In this document: piece by piece, positions 1 to 12,820 of the stretch
Numbering within the stretch: position 1 is the stretch's first letter
Layout of the letters: the number at the start of each line of letters is the position of its first letter
Source: Lama guanicoe
Lineage: Eukaryota
Reading direction: 5' to 3'
Length of the DNA: 64,000 nt
NCBI GenBank assembly: GCA_013239625.1
Contig: MU054187.1
Coordinates: 19,994,897-20,058,896, forward strand
Translations under genes and position numbers: made by a program
Notes under the pieces: model-generated
Told to the model about the DNA's origin: nothing
What the model saw: the letters and a program-made list of their open reading frames with translations, nothing else
The model's database searches: none

Positions 1-369
1 TAAAGTATAGACCACTGACTTTTTAAAAAGATAACTCATAGATTTCTATATGGAAACATGGAAATTCTCTAGCTAACATAAAGTAGCAGAAAGTGAATGT
101 CTTATGTTGTCATACATTTAAATTATTTTCTCAAATCATATATATACAGAGTAACCAATCAAGTAGATCAGAAGTCTGTGATGAGAAGGACAAATCACCA
201 GTCTCTTCTCTCTCATCCCCTGACCCACTGCCCCGAGGAAATCCTTCCAAGGTGGTGGTATTGACCTCAACTGGGTGATATGCTCACACCTATATATTTT
301 GCTTTATCAGCTTAATAAAACATCTATTGGTTGTATGATGTACAATATCATTTTTATTGTACCTATTAT

Positions 370-770
370 TTTCAGACCTTATTCTGAGGGTATAAACGTA
401 GAGGTCGGGGCAAAAATTAGATCGGAGTGTGGAGAGGAGAGAAGAATAGGTGTAAGGCGTCAGAGACCATGAATATGGTCACTTCTGAGGGGCTGTTGCT
501 CAAAGTGGGACTAGAAAAATGGATCTGTAGTCAGAGAGGCACGTGTGTTAAGAAAGGTTTTTGTCTTTACCTGTTTCAATAGGACTAGAGAACTTACATG
601 TTGCTAAGTCATTGGAATGATCCAGGAAAAATGGAAAAAATGGAGCCATGCAGGGGGGATAAGAGGGAACTCCAGGGTGATGACTCCCTAAATAGAAGAG
701 GGAGGTTTGAGTGCAGTAGCAGCAGGGCTGGCCTTAGAAAAACAGCTCATCCATCAAAGCATCAGAAGAA
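370..770 (-). mobile_element. L2 LINE relic
   Basis: Degenerate purine-rich stretch (ttagatcggagtgtggagaggagagaag...gtagtcagagagg) resembling antisense L2; boundaries approximate. Confidence 0.5.
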
Positions 771-1409
771 AAATACACATTTCTAAGGGTAATTCCCTTG
801 CATTCTTTCTGATCCTCCCACTGTTACTTTTATAATTATTTTCTTCTATTGGTTGCCCTTTTAACTTTAAATAATACATTTATCATTCCAACTCTTCCCT
901 CCACCTTATTCTTGCCTTCTTTCCTTCCCATTTTACTTTTGTGTTATCAAGCTGTTAATTTAGATATTTTGTCCCGAAGCCAACGAAATATTACTAAGTC
1001 TTCTCTGCTTTGGACATAGATTAAAGTCAACAATTCAAAACAATACACATAGTATACGTTATTATAACTAATATTGTCCCCTTCCTCCAATATGGATAGT
1101 AGTTTCAGAAAAAAAGTCATTCAATGTTTTCCTTTATGACCCCCCAGGTTTGGTCCATTGGATGTAAAGTCATCTTTTTTGCTTTCTTTCCTTATCTTAT
1201 TGTAGTAGAGTCTCAAAAACTTCCTATAACAGGCACATTATATCAATGTGCCGAAAAATGTCTTGTTTTCATAACTGCTTAGTAGTTCTATAGTGTTTGA
1301 ATTCTAATTTAAAATATTTTCCCCTGAGAATGCTGATGGCATTATTTCATTACCTTTGAGTATCTACTTTGCTGATGAAATATTTCAAGGAAAAGCTAAA
1401 GCTGATCAG

Positions 1410-1635
1410 GTGTCTAATTGGTGCCAGAAACTATTCTTAGCATTATATCTCTACATCTATATCTATACCTATATATTAAATCTGCATGTTCATTGAATTC
1501 TTACAACAGCCCTAGGAAATAACATTACACCCATTCTGTAGATAAGGAACTTGGACACTGACAAATTAAGTAACATTCTCAAGATCACAAAACTTGGCAG
1601 TAACCATGTCAGGATTCAAACTGGAATGTCTAGAT
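1410..1635 (-). mobile_element. MIR SINE
   Basis: Antisense MIR core: cccattctgtagataaggaacttggacactgacaaattaagtaacattctcaagatcaca...ggattcaaac. Confidence 0.85.
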
Positions 1636-1895
1636 AAAAAAACAAACAACAACAACAAAAAAAACCAGAGACAATCACTGTGGTCTGTAGCCTCTGAGGC
1701 CAGTTCATCTGTAACTTTTCTGTTAAGTTGCATTTGCTCCTCCTTCCCCCTGGAAGATTTTAATATCTTTATACTTGGCATCTGGAAGTTTCCCAATGTT
1801 TCATCCCATTGTAGGGCTTTTTTTTTGTTGAGCACTGGGAAGCCCATTTCAATCTAAATCTTAATGGCTTATTCAGATCTGTAGAATTCTTTCTT

Positions 1896-1921
1896 ATCAT
1901 CACACCATCATCACCACCACC

Positions 1922-1955
<34 letters not shown>

Positions 1956-1969
1956 TCACCATCATCATC
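1896..1969. repeat. Compound (CAT)n/(CAC)n trinucleotide microsatellite
   Basis: Directly visible cat/cac runs. Confidence 0.95.
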
Positions 1970-1977
1970 GAGTTCGC

Positions 1978-2597
1978 TGTATTTGTTTTATGTTGCTATA
2001 TAATTTGTTACAAACTAATATCCATTTATTATTTCAAGGTTCCTTAGGTCAGGAGGTCAGGTGGATCTGGCTGGCTTCTTTGATTAGGGTCTCACAAAGC
2101 TGAAATCAAGATGGGAGTAGGGCTGTGTTCCTTTCTGGAGGCTCAAGGGGAGAATCTGTTTTCTTGCTCATTCAGTTTGTTGGCAGAATTCAGTTGCTCG
2201 TGACTAGAGAACTGGGTTTCTGCTACCTTGCTGACTGTCATCCAAGGACCAGTTTCAGCTCCTGAAAGTTTTTTGCGTTCCTTGGCACATGGCCCTACTC
2301 CACCTTAAACGCCAGCAGTGACATGTCAAATTCCCTTCATACTTCAGATCTCTGACTTCCTTTTCTGTTATCACAGAAAATTCTATGCTTTTAAAATTTA
2401 AGACTCACATCGTTAGACTGAATCCATCTAGATAATCTCTCTTGATTAATTTAGGGTCAACTGATTGACAGTCTTACTTAAATATGGTCAACATCCCATT
2501 TGCTGTGTAATGTAACAGTCAGTCACAGGCACAGCACCTCATCATGTCTAATCGTATTCACCATTTTAGGGTCAAATTTGGAATTATTCCTACCACA
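1978..2597 (-). mobile_element. MaLR solo LTR (MLT1D/E-like)
   Basis: Motifs gggtctcacaaagctgaaatcaag, ttggcagaattcagtt and end cctaccaca; antisense counterpart of the LTR at 47955-48555. Confidence 0.85.
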
Positions 2598-3777
2598 CCC
2601 TCACTCCCTTCATTTCTTCTGTTTCCTTCCTCTGACACATGTTGCATTTCCTACAATGGTCCTCTGTGTTTTTGTTTTTTGGTTTTTGTTGTTGTTGTTG
2701 TTTTTCTCTTTTAATTCTGTTTTAGGAGAGTCCTTCTATTCCATTTTCTTTCCCACTCTCTTTTGGAGAAATTGTTTTAAAGAGCTTTTCTTGTTTAGCT
2801 TTTAAGAAATGGCATTCAGTTATTGTTTTACGGTATAATACAATTTTGAACCCACTAGTTACATAATTGAAGATTTTTAAAAATTGTGTCTGTTCTGAAT
2901 TATCTCTGTCTTCTCTGGTGATCACTTTTATCATGGTTATTTAAAATTTTAACTTTTCTGTTTCTAATATTATATATGATCATTTTAGTTGTCCGATTGT
3001 ATTTAAGACAGTATTATTCAGAGGGTTTGGTGGGTTTCCTGTGATTCTGTTTAAGTAGGTCTGTTTTAGGTGATTGAGGACTTGAACTTGGAGCAAGGAC
3101 TAGATGGTTCATGTTTTCTGGTAGACCTGGAGAGCTGTCTGGTAAACTGTGGGCCACACAAATAAAAGAATAAGAAATTTTGGAGGTTGCTTACTTTAGA
3201 GTCATACTTCAACTTTCTCTGAACATACTATTTCTTTTTCTTTTTTTGAGTATGTTATCAAATGTCATGCCTGGGAGAAAGTTTGGCTTTCTGTGCAGAG
3301 GTTCTAGAGGAGGAATTAGGTTGCTGACTAGTAAATTTATTTTATATAAATATTTCAAATGAAGCTTTACGTTTTCAGTGTTATTTCTTACTTTGGTTCT
3401 TTGTTGCACTTGTTGACTTTAAGTCTAAATCTTCCCCAGGTTACTTTCAAGTGAATATTTTCACACCTATTCAGCAGTACTTTTATGGCATATTTTGTAG
3501 TGTTTTTCTTCCCCATTTCATGTTAATCTGTTCACATGTCCATTAATCTTTGAAAATTTTGTTGAAGTATCTTTTATTCTTTGATGTACCTCTCATTATT
3601 TTCTGTAGAATAAAGTTACTTACTTTGCACTTCAAAATCTTTGAAGAGTAGTTGGAGGGGTGGCTAAAACTGCAAACACATGTTTCCAGCCTGCCATCTT
3701 AATTGGAAGTGAAAGTATGTCTTTTTTTAGTAGATAGATGGATTAGTTAAGTTGTTTTTTTTTGAGTTCGCCAATTT

Positions 3778-3980
3778 CAGCACAGTGATTAAGAACACAA
3801 ACTTAAAAAGACTACAGTCTAAAAGTGGGTGCATCACATTGTAGCTGTACTCCCTGTAACTGGATACTTGACCAGTTATCTCAAGAATACAATGGTTGAA
3901 ACTACTAATTGAGATAACATAGGACTGACATTTAGCAGAGAGTGTATCCCAGGTTACTACTTAATGAACAGTGGTTCCCA
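3778..3980 (+). mobile_element. Degenerate MIR
   Basis: gcacagtgattaagaacaca head and gagataac...cttaatgaa tail. Confidence 0.5.
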
Positions 3981-4483
3981 TTTTTCTTAGATAACAGCAG
4001 TAGCAAGACACTGACAGTGACCAAAAAAATATGGGTTATTTGGTTTATATTGTTGGTATGATCATTATCATCATCAAATATTAATTGAAGCCTTCAATGT
4101 CATGGCAAGGGGAATACAAAGGTATAAGGGTAAATAATTGTTTTTCTATAAACAGAATTAAAAATAGTTGTTAAATTTAACATGTATGTAGTATTTTTAT
4201 GTTATCATGGGGAGAAGGTTTTCCTTTGAGGAAATATTTCCAATTTTTAATGTCTAATAAAATCTTTTATTAAGAAAAATTACTTCAATCAGATATTCTG
4301 AGGTTCTATGTTTCTTGTCTATGGGTAAATCTTACTTATATAGTTTTTTTAAATAAAACATTTCTGAATATAATATATATCTTAACTATAAAAGTAGTTT
4401 TTGGCTTGCATAATTATCTTTAAGCATATATCTTATATAATATAGTCAATATGTATTATATATTTAAAATATAGAATGTATAG

Positions 4484-4551
4484 TGTTATATAAAATTATA
4501 ATTATCTTATATATATACACATATATTAGATAATTATAATTTTATATAACA
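4484..4551. repeat. AT-rich inverted repeat, 24-bp perfect arms, 20-bp spacer
   Basis: tgttatataaaattataattatct (4484-4507) is the exact reverse complement of 4528-4551. Confidence 0.95.
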
Positions 4552-5848
4552 TTATATATATATACACACACACACACATCTATCATAGACAAAGGACCTT
4601 TTAGTCATTATATCTCTGCTCCCTTATTCAGCCATAAACTAATTCTAGTTATTGGGATGTTGGATGATTGTTAGCTTTGTGAAAAGAAGAACCTTGCTTC
4701 ACTTTGAAGTTGTAAGTTATTTACCATTATGTGGTTGGGACAACTCTGAGACTTCATACATTAAATAAAAAGTCCAGAAATACAAACTAAATGTGTTCTG
4801 ATTAGGAAAAAAATGACATGTGAACAGATGCCAATTTATTGTTTGATTTTCATTTTCTCTGTTCATAACATGCTAGATTATTATCTCAATTGCTGAGAGC
4901 TCTGGCTTTATTATGACATGTCATCACGTCTATGGTAGCACTGAAAACACTTTGTGTTCAACGTTACTGACTTTTAGAACTTTTAATTTTCATCGGAAAA
5001 GCATGAATATTTTTACATAATGTATCAGTTGCCACACATAAAATAGTTATAGTATATGAATTTACAAACTAGAAGTCTTGCCATTTTTACTGTTACTTGA
5101 TCTCTTTAACATTTGTCACATTTGACATTTTGTTTAGAATTTATTTTTTGAGTTCCTAATTTCGAACTCCCTTTTACTACTTTTTTTATTGTCTATACTG
5201 TTAGATCTTATGCTCTCTGATTCTTTTCTTAATCTGTACGCTTTTGGGGGGAAACATTCATGATAATCACTCAGCTGCAAGCACTACTGAACACTAATGA
5301 TGCCCACAACTGTATATCCTGCTCAAATCTATTTTCTAAACTGTGTGTCTTAGTTAATAGCAATATCGACAAACCGGTTTTCCATCTAGTAAATTGAGGG
5401 TCTTCTCACTTGCCAATCTTTTTTTCCTTTTAACTTGCAGGCTTTTAAAAAAAATTCATATCTATCATAACTTGCTTTCATCAAATTTAATTTATCACCA
5501 AAACATACTGATTTCGTATTGAAAATATTTTTTAAATGTCTTCTTCTTCCATCTCATTCTGACCTCCTCTTTTCAAGTCTTTAGTACCTTTTTCATCCTT
5601 TATTGTGTTTCTTTTTATCTATTTGTTTATTCTGAAGATCATTGCAGAGAGCTGATCATGAGCCTGTCACTGTGCCGGGGACTTACTTTGGAAGCTAGTC
5701 GGGGAAGCCATCTCCCCAGGTGTCATTTAAGCCAAAGATGACAGGAAGATGAGGAGGAGCTAAACTAGTCTCACGGCTTCTCTCCCCTCAAGTTCTGCTT
5801 TCCAACATTCATCCTCCACAGCGACTCAGATCAGCACAGTTCCTAAAA

Positions 5849-5974
5849 CACAAATACTGTTTAAGTTCTAAAATTTATTGTAAAGACTCCAATCACCTAA
5901 CAGAGAGCTGATCATGAGCCTGTCACAAATACTGTTTAAGTTCTAAAATTTATTGTAAAGACTCCAATCACCTA
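5849..5974. repeat. 51-bp direct duplication with a templated insert between the copies
   Basis: 5849-5899 = 5924-5974; 5901-5926 = 5645-5670. Confidence 0.95.
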
Positions 5975-6041
5975 TGGTATGAAATCCGAATTCCTTCAAG
6001 GCACAGCCCTTTGCCTTCTTGCCAGTATGAACGCTTTTCCA

Positions 6042-6385
6042 TTTTTTTTTTCATTTTTAAAAAATTTTATTGAAGTAGACTCAGTTTACAATATTGTGTC
6101 AGTTTCTGGTCTACAGCACAATGCTTCAGTCATACATAAATACACATATATTCGTTTTCATATTCTTTTTCACCATAAGCTACTACAAGATATCAAATAT
6201 AGTTCCCTATGCTATACAGTATAAACTTGTTCATCTATTTTACATTTAGTAGTTAGTATCTGCAAACGGCAAATTCCCAACTTATCCCTCTCTACTTCCT
6301 TCCCCACTGGTAACCATAAGTTTGTTTTCTATCTGTGAGTCTGTTTCTGTTTTATATATGATTTCATTTGTCTTTTTTTTCATTC
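6042..6385 (-). mobile_element. 5'-truncated young L1 3' end
   Basis: T-rich tail followed by ttgaagtagactcagtttacaat...gtaaccataagtttgttttctatctgtgagtctgtttctg; homologous to 20423-20966. Confidence 0.9.
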
Positions 6386-6479
6386 TTTTCTATACTACAG
6401 AAAAACAAAGCATTGTACCTACCCCCAAAAATCTGAACAAAAGACAAAATAAAAATTTTCTGTTACTTTTTGCTGTCTA

Positions 6480-6800
6480 TTCACATGCCTGAAAGACTCA
6501 CATTCTCTTCTTGTCCTCCTAACTCACCCTTCAAGACTCGTCTCAAGTATGAGCTTCTCAGTGAAGTGTTCATGAGAGAATTAGATTTCTTTTCCAAGCT
6601 CCTACCATCCCTCAGCCTCTAGAAAGCACCTCTATTGTAACACCTGTCAAATTAAAATTCAATCATCTTATATATGTTTGTTTATTCACCTAGAGTGAGC
6701 TTACTCAAGTCAGAGGCTGAGATATTCATATCTGCTATTTCTGACACCCAGCTCGATGCCCAGCATATTAGACATTTAATACAAGTTTGATGAATGAATA
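6480..6800 (+). mobile_element. L2 3' end
   Basis: cccttcaagactc...tgcccagcatattagacatttaatacaagtttgatgaatgaat (L2 tgaa tail). Confidence 0.8.
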
Positions 6801-7780
6801 GATGGTTGGATGGGGAGATGAATGACAAAAATTTGCCTCTTTATAAAAGTAATTGCTTTGAATATACCATTAGTCTGGTCCTTATTTCAGTGCCACCAGT
6901 TTAAAGAGATTTCAGTGACATGACTTTTCTGACCCTGGAAATAAATTTCTTTATTTTACAACTCCAAAACAAAGAGCTAAAAAAAAATCTTCTCAAATTG
7001 TGTGTTAGATTCTTTTACATTTTAAAGATCTGAGACATGGAGGGAGAGCTTAATGGAAATTCAAAGTGGATTTGAAGGACATCTCAGTAGTTACTTGTAA
7101 ATAAGAACATTCTGTTTATCTTCTTCTAGTTCACTAAGGGAAAAAAAAATGCCTAACAACGACACTGGTGAAAAATAGATCCTGCATTTTAAATCACAAC
7201 AAACAAAACTAATAAACAGCAAACGACAGAGACCTGTCAGCTGAAAGGAAGATATGGCATTCATTTTATAAGCAATTCACCAGAGTGTCAACAGTTAGTC
7301 TGACAGGGGAAGAAAGGAACAAAATTTTTGGAGATATACATATTTTGCCAAATCAATCTTGTGCAAAATATTGTGTAAGTGTACTGATCTGGAGTAAGGA
7401 CCATATAAATATGAGGATTCTGTATTTCCAACAATAAATAAATAAATTTTTTGGTTGAGATACATTCTTTTTAAATTTGAGAATTATTCTAATGTCATTA
7501 ATATTAACCCCTTTTCTACAATAGAATATTTGAATAGTTGTTACAAAAGACTCCTCTTTTTCATGGTAAAAAGAGCCAGGTATGGTGATAGAAATAGTAA
7601 AATAGATGTAATTATCTTGATATTTGCATCATGATTTTGGTGATAGAAGGATGTCATGAAAATGGAAACAGATTAGAGTTATTGACAAGTAGCCCATGTG
7701 ATTATTCACCCAACTTATTAACAAAGCTTTGAGTTTATTACAGAGATGATCAAATTGAAATTTTAATGTAATGGGATGCT

Positions 7781-8255
7781 TGTCACAGTTTGGGATCTCC
7801 CAAAAGCAAATCCTTAGATTTTGATTTAGGAACAGATGGCTTATTTGGGAGGTGATCCCAGAATTCTCAAGTGAAGCTAGGAGGGGAGTGAGAGATGGAT
7901 GGAGGGAGAGCCAATTAAAAGTGGGATCTTGAGCTGGTTATTACTTAAAGCAACTGGGCTCAGTCTTGCTGGGGACCCATTGAGGAGCCATGTAGAATGA
8001 ATCTCAGAGTTATCTCTCCAAAGAATATGTAACTGGGACATCTACCCACTGACTCTCATCTCGCACTGGCTGAAGCTTGCTCCTGGAGATGGATACCTAT
8101 TATGTTTAAGAACTGTGCCTGGAGAGTAAGATGCCCTGGGAGCTTGAGGAGGGCAGCCTACAGAGTGTGCCAAAGCTGCCTACCACAGCTGTAGCTGAAG
8201 GTAGAGCTGGCCCTGGGATGTGTGGTGTGGGATAACAGCAACATCCAAGGTACAC
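7781..8255 (-). mobile_element. ERVL solo LTR (LTR33-like)
   Basis: ttatttgggaggtgatcccag, gcaactgggctcagtcttgctgggga and tgtagaa...ctcagagttatc match the recalled LTR33 consensus. Confidence 0.75.
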
Positions 8256-8839
8256 ATGCATTTGCATTTAATTTATAATTTCTCCAGTAACTATTTAAAA
8301 CATATAGATGTATTTTTTTTTGTAATTTTATTGCTCTAAGAGATAGGAAATAGCCTGGAGAATATAATCCAGTCTTTAAAAAAACGCAAAATTTTAAAAA
8401 AAATTTGAAAAAGTCATAATACATCAGTCATGATACATATGTGTTACGTACATTCTGTCACCGATTTCTTGTTGCTGTTACTAACAGGCTGGAGAGAATT
8501 CTGCTTTAGATAATTGTGAAGATATCGTTTCAATGAAGATCTTTTCTAGTCATTCTTCAAGAATTTTTTCTTTGAGTCGATCTTGCTAATAAAAAGCAAA
8601 AAAGCTTCTGACAACTAAGAGAGTATCTTTGCCACCTCATCCTTCCAGTGTAGGTAGAGCCATCCTGCTCAGGGGCATTGGAACAGAACTAATTTTTCTT
8701 TTCACTGAGTTGTGTCTTAAATCCTCTACATGCGATATCATTAAACGTGTAACTTACGATAGTATAAACACTTTTAACAGATAACTATTTTGTGAATAAG
8801 TCTTGAGCAAAATATATGTGAACAGAAGTTTACAGACAC

Positions 8840-9035
8840 ATGTTCCAGATGCTTTTCTAAGGCAATTATCTGTATTAACATCTTTAACCTTAATTAAACC
8901 ACTGTGAAGTAAGAACTATTATTTTAGTTATTATGTGGATAATGAAACTGAAGCACAGTGAGGTTAAGTAGCTTCTCAAAGGTCGTAGAGATGGTGAGTT
9001 GTTGAACAAGGTTTCAGACCTAGAAACTTGTCTAC
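8840..9035 (-). mobile_element. MIR SINE
   Basis: gaaactgaagcacagtgaggttaagtagcttctcaaaggtc core. Confidence 0.85.
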
Positions 9036-9037
9036 TT

Positions 9038-9670
9038 GAAACCTTTCAATGGCTCCCCAGTATTTGAAAGACCAAGTTTGAGCTCCATTTGATGTAGTTC
9101 CTTTTTCTCTGCTAGCTTCATATTTTGCCAGCCTTTAAATGCCACATTCTAGTCATATTGATTTTCTTGTAATTACTCATTTCATACTTTCTTTCCTCCA
9201 TTATTTCCTCCTGATGTACTCTCTGTTTGAAATAACTTTCTCTGACTTCACTTGGTTTCACTCCATTTTTCTTCATAGCATTAATTAAAATATACTCATC
9301 TCATGAGTATCACATTTCATTTGAACCAGGACATGTTTTAAAGTAAAATGAGACACTATTAAAAAGCTTTGTCAAGACAACAAGTATAAATCTCCACTTC
9401 TCAGGGCAAACTGGGACTCATGCTCACCTCATCGATGAAGGTCTTCCTGACTCCTCATCGCTTCTAATTTGAGTTAGGTACTCCTTTCTGTCCCTGTATC
9501 TTATAAATGTTATGTGCTTTTAATAATGTACTGGAATTAACCCTTTTTGAGAGTCTGCTTCCCTAGAATGTAAACTTATCCAGGACAGGAACTTTATTTT
9601 GCTCATCTCTGTAGCACTTCCCAAGCTCAATTCATTGCAGATACTCTACAAGTATTTGTTTAATGAGTGG
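9038..9670 (+). mobile_element. L2 3' region interrupted by a small DNA transposon
   Basis: aacctttcaatggctcccc start; ctagaatgtaaactt...caagtatttgtttaatgag end. Confidence 0.75.
9300..9430. mobile_element. hAT-Blackjack MITE (MER94/MER81-like)
   Basis: aaccaggaca...aagtaaaatgagacactatta...gggcaaactgggactcatgctcacct. Confidence 0.65.
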
Positions 9671-10261
9671 ACACAACATGTGTTTCCAATAAGCTAACTA
9701 GAGCAGGAAAAGACAGGTATATGGGAGCTTGGTTTAGTTCATAGGAGTCATATTGCTGAGTACTGGTGGAACTTACATAAGAGGGATGGAAAAATTATGG
9801 AAGATAAATTGGGTTAACTTTTTGGCAGGGCTAAGGCTGAGTCTGGCCTTAGATGGAAGATTATCTGCTCTGAGATACAATCATGTTCCTGTATCAAAAC
9901 TGGATTAGTGGGAAGAACTTACTGAGGTTACAGTGAGGAACAAGGTGAGAAGAGATGTATGCAGCTCAGAAGTTCTGGCAGGGTTTTGAGCTAGTATCAG
10001 ATCTCTGACAGTGAATTTGAACACAGAAAATAACAGTGTCTTAAAAAGTAATCATTTCCTTCTCTCTGTTCTGACTGCCTTTTTATATGTGAATGTAATA
10101 TAAATATATATAAAGGATTATTTCTATTAAATGTCTTTGCTATTACATCATATAATATGTATGTATGTTGATATCTATTTGATTGCATACCTGTTTTCCT
10201 GTTAAGCCACGTACTTTTTGAAGGACTGGGGACTATGTCTTTTGTTTTCTGATTGTAACTT

Positions 10262-10950
10262 TAAAAAATTGAGATGTAATTGACATACAACACTATATTT
10301 GTTTCAGGTATACAACATAATGATTTAATATTTGTATATATTATGAAATGATCACCACAATGTCTACTTAATATCCTTCAACATAAATAGCTACAAATTT
10401 TTTTCTTAGATGAGAACTTTTAAAATACACTCTTTTAGCAATTTTCAAATATGCAATATTTATTATTAACTATAGTCACCATGCTGTACATTATATCCTC
10501 ATGACTTATTTGTTTTGTAACTGGAAGTTTGTAGCTTTTTGACCCCCTTTACCCAGTTTGGCCTTCTCTCAACAGAGAATGAAGGCTCCTGCTTTCCCAC
10601 ATGTTTGCTAGTTCTTGGAATTACCTAATGGTAATACTGTTTGCCAAACTTAGATGGGAAAGAGATATCTCATTGTTTCAACTATTCACTGATGATTATC
10701 TGTGAGACTAAGTATTTCTTTATATGCTTTTAAGTCATTTGAATTTCTTTTTTTTTATATGTTAGTTTTTTATAGCCTTTCCTTATTTTTCTGTTAGATT
10801 TCCTGTTGTTGTCCATTATCAGCACAACCTTTTATATTCCTGATATGTATTACTTGATGGGCTTAGACATCGAAAATGCCATTTCCCATCTGGTGATGTC
10901 TTTATTGAACTGAAATGTTAATTTCAGTGTAGTCAAAAATTGTGTGATTG
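10262..10950 (-). mobile_element. L1MA9-like 3' end plus older L1M relic
   Basis: aattgacatacaacac...ttaactatagtcaccatgctgtacattatatcc...gtaactggaagtttg. Confidence 0.8.
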
Positions 10951-12099
10951 TTTTGAATGCTTGAAAAAGATGCATGGCTTATATGCAGCTTTATACATCT
11001 ATTAACTTGATTATTGATTTTGATATTTAAATCTTTTGTGTCTTTGCCTATTTTGTGTTCAGCTTTATCTGTTTCTAATAGTCATGTGAGAAATTCCCTA
11101 ACTGTATATTTCAAAGGCTCCTTATAGTTTGCTAACTTTTATGGTTCTACTGCAAAATTTTTGCTTTAGTATTTTTTTGGCGGGTGAGGTGGACTGCAGC
11201 TGCACAAATCATTGGCACGCCAGCATTGACAGTCTCTGCAACTCAATTTTTGTGTCATTTATGTTTATGTGTTTTTTCCTCTTCATTCTTTTTCCCGTCT
11301 CTACACCCATCTTTGCCTCCACCATGGACAGCCACTCTAATGCATTTAATATATAACAGTATACATATATCCTTTGGAGATCTGTATTTTTTTGTTTATT
11401 AATGTATGCCTCTTAAATGTATTTAATATGAATAACTGTATTACTGTGGTGGAGGTTACATACTCTTTCCTTTTGAATTTTTAAATTTTTTTCTCAAAAA
11501 CCATTTTTAAATTGGGTCTATTGTATCTAAGGACACACTTTTTTTTTTGCATTTAAATGAAGTTTAACTGGACATTAAAATTTCAGGTTCAGATACTCTT
11601 TCCTTCAGCACTTTGAGAATATTGCCCCATTGTGATCTTGTCTCCAGTCAGTCTGTGTACCTTTATAGATAATTTGCTTCTTTTGATTTCTTTTGCTGTC
11701 TGTTTCTGATCTTAAAAATCTGTGTTGTTGTTTCTTCTTATCTATCCTATTTGTTTTGTAAAGAAAACTTGTATTTTGTAGGCTTACATCATCTTTTTCT
11801 TATTTAAATTCTAGGGTAGTCTTAATCATGACTTCCTCTACTCTTTTTGTATTTTTTTTTCTTTCCATGTGAGCTTCCAGATATGTGAAGCTCTTACTAC
11901 ACCTGTCTTCTTCATATTTTAACTTCCATATTTTCCTTTTCTTTGGAAAGCTTCCCGCTTATGCTCCTCAGAGATCCCCTTATTTTTCTCTATGTGCATA
12001 TTTCCTAGACGTGTCAAAGTGACATGTATCTAGGGGGAAATAAAAACTTCCAGCCCAGTCCAGTTTGTGCCTTTCCTGATGAGTTTTAAGAGATAAAGA

Positions 12100-12820
12100 A
12101 AATCTATTTTCAAAAAGGAATAAACTTCAGATAATCCAATAGGAAAATGGGCAAGACACTAAAACAGGCAATTAACAGAAGAAAGATACTAACACAGGCA
12201 ATTCACAGAAGGAAAAAAGCAGAGGAGACAATGGAAGAAAAGATACTCAAACACATTATCAGGGAATGAATGCCAATTAGGACCAGAATGAGATACTAAT
12301 ACACACAAACACACCAAATTAACAACGTTAAAAAATGTTTACTGTTTTTTACCTTGTATAGCTAAGCAATTAAAGGATTAAGTAGCACTTCTGCTCCTAT
12401 TATGTACCCTGGGGAACCTCACAAATATGGGTGTAGTGGCACATGGACAGGAATGTTCAAGGCAGCATTTTTCACAGTAGGAAAAACTACAAACATCCCA
12501 AACATCCAAAGCATACTGGACAAATTGTGGTAAGACAGTATACTATACAACAGCAAGAATGAACAAGCTAGGATTTCGCAGAATCACAGGATGAATTTCA
12601 CAAACACAAGGAAAACAGCAAGTATTAGATGAAAACATAGAATGAGTCAGTTTCAGTAAAACTCAAGACAATCCTAAGCAAAAATAAATTATTTACCAAA
12701 ATGTAACTATATATAAAGGAATGATAAAAATTCAAAATTCAAGATAACATTTACTTCTAGGGTGAATGTAAGCTATGCTATCTGGGAGTGGTACACAGCA
12801 AATTTCAAGGTGTAGGTATT
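12100..12820 (+). mobile_element. Old L1 (L1ME-like) ORF2 end and 3' UTR relic
   Basis: ccaataggaaaatgggcaagacac...aacaggcaattcacagaag; gaatgttcaaggcagcattt. Confidence 0.7.

Noticed and set aside
1896..1969. Possible poly-histidine coding tract
   Set aside because: No flanking ORF or splice context; it is a simple trinucleotide repeat beside an LTR.
5849..5974. CRISPR-like repeat-spacer-repeat
   Set aside because: Mammalian DNA, only two copies, no cas genes, and the spacer is copied from nearby sequence.
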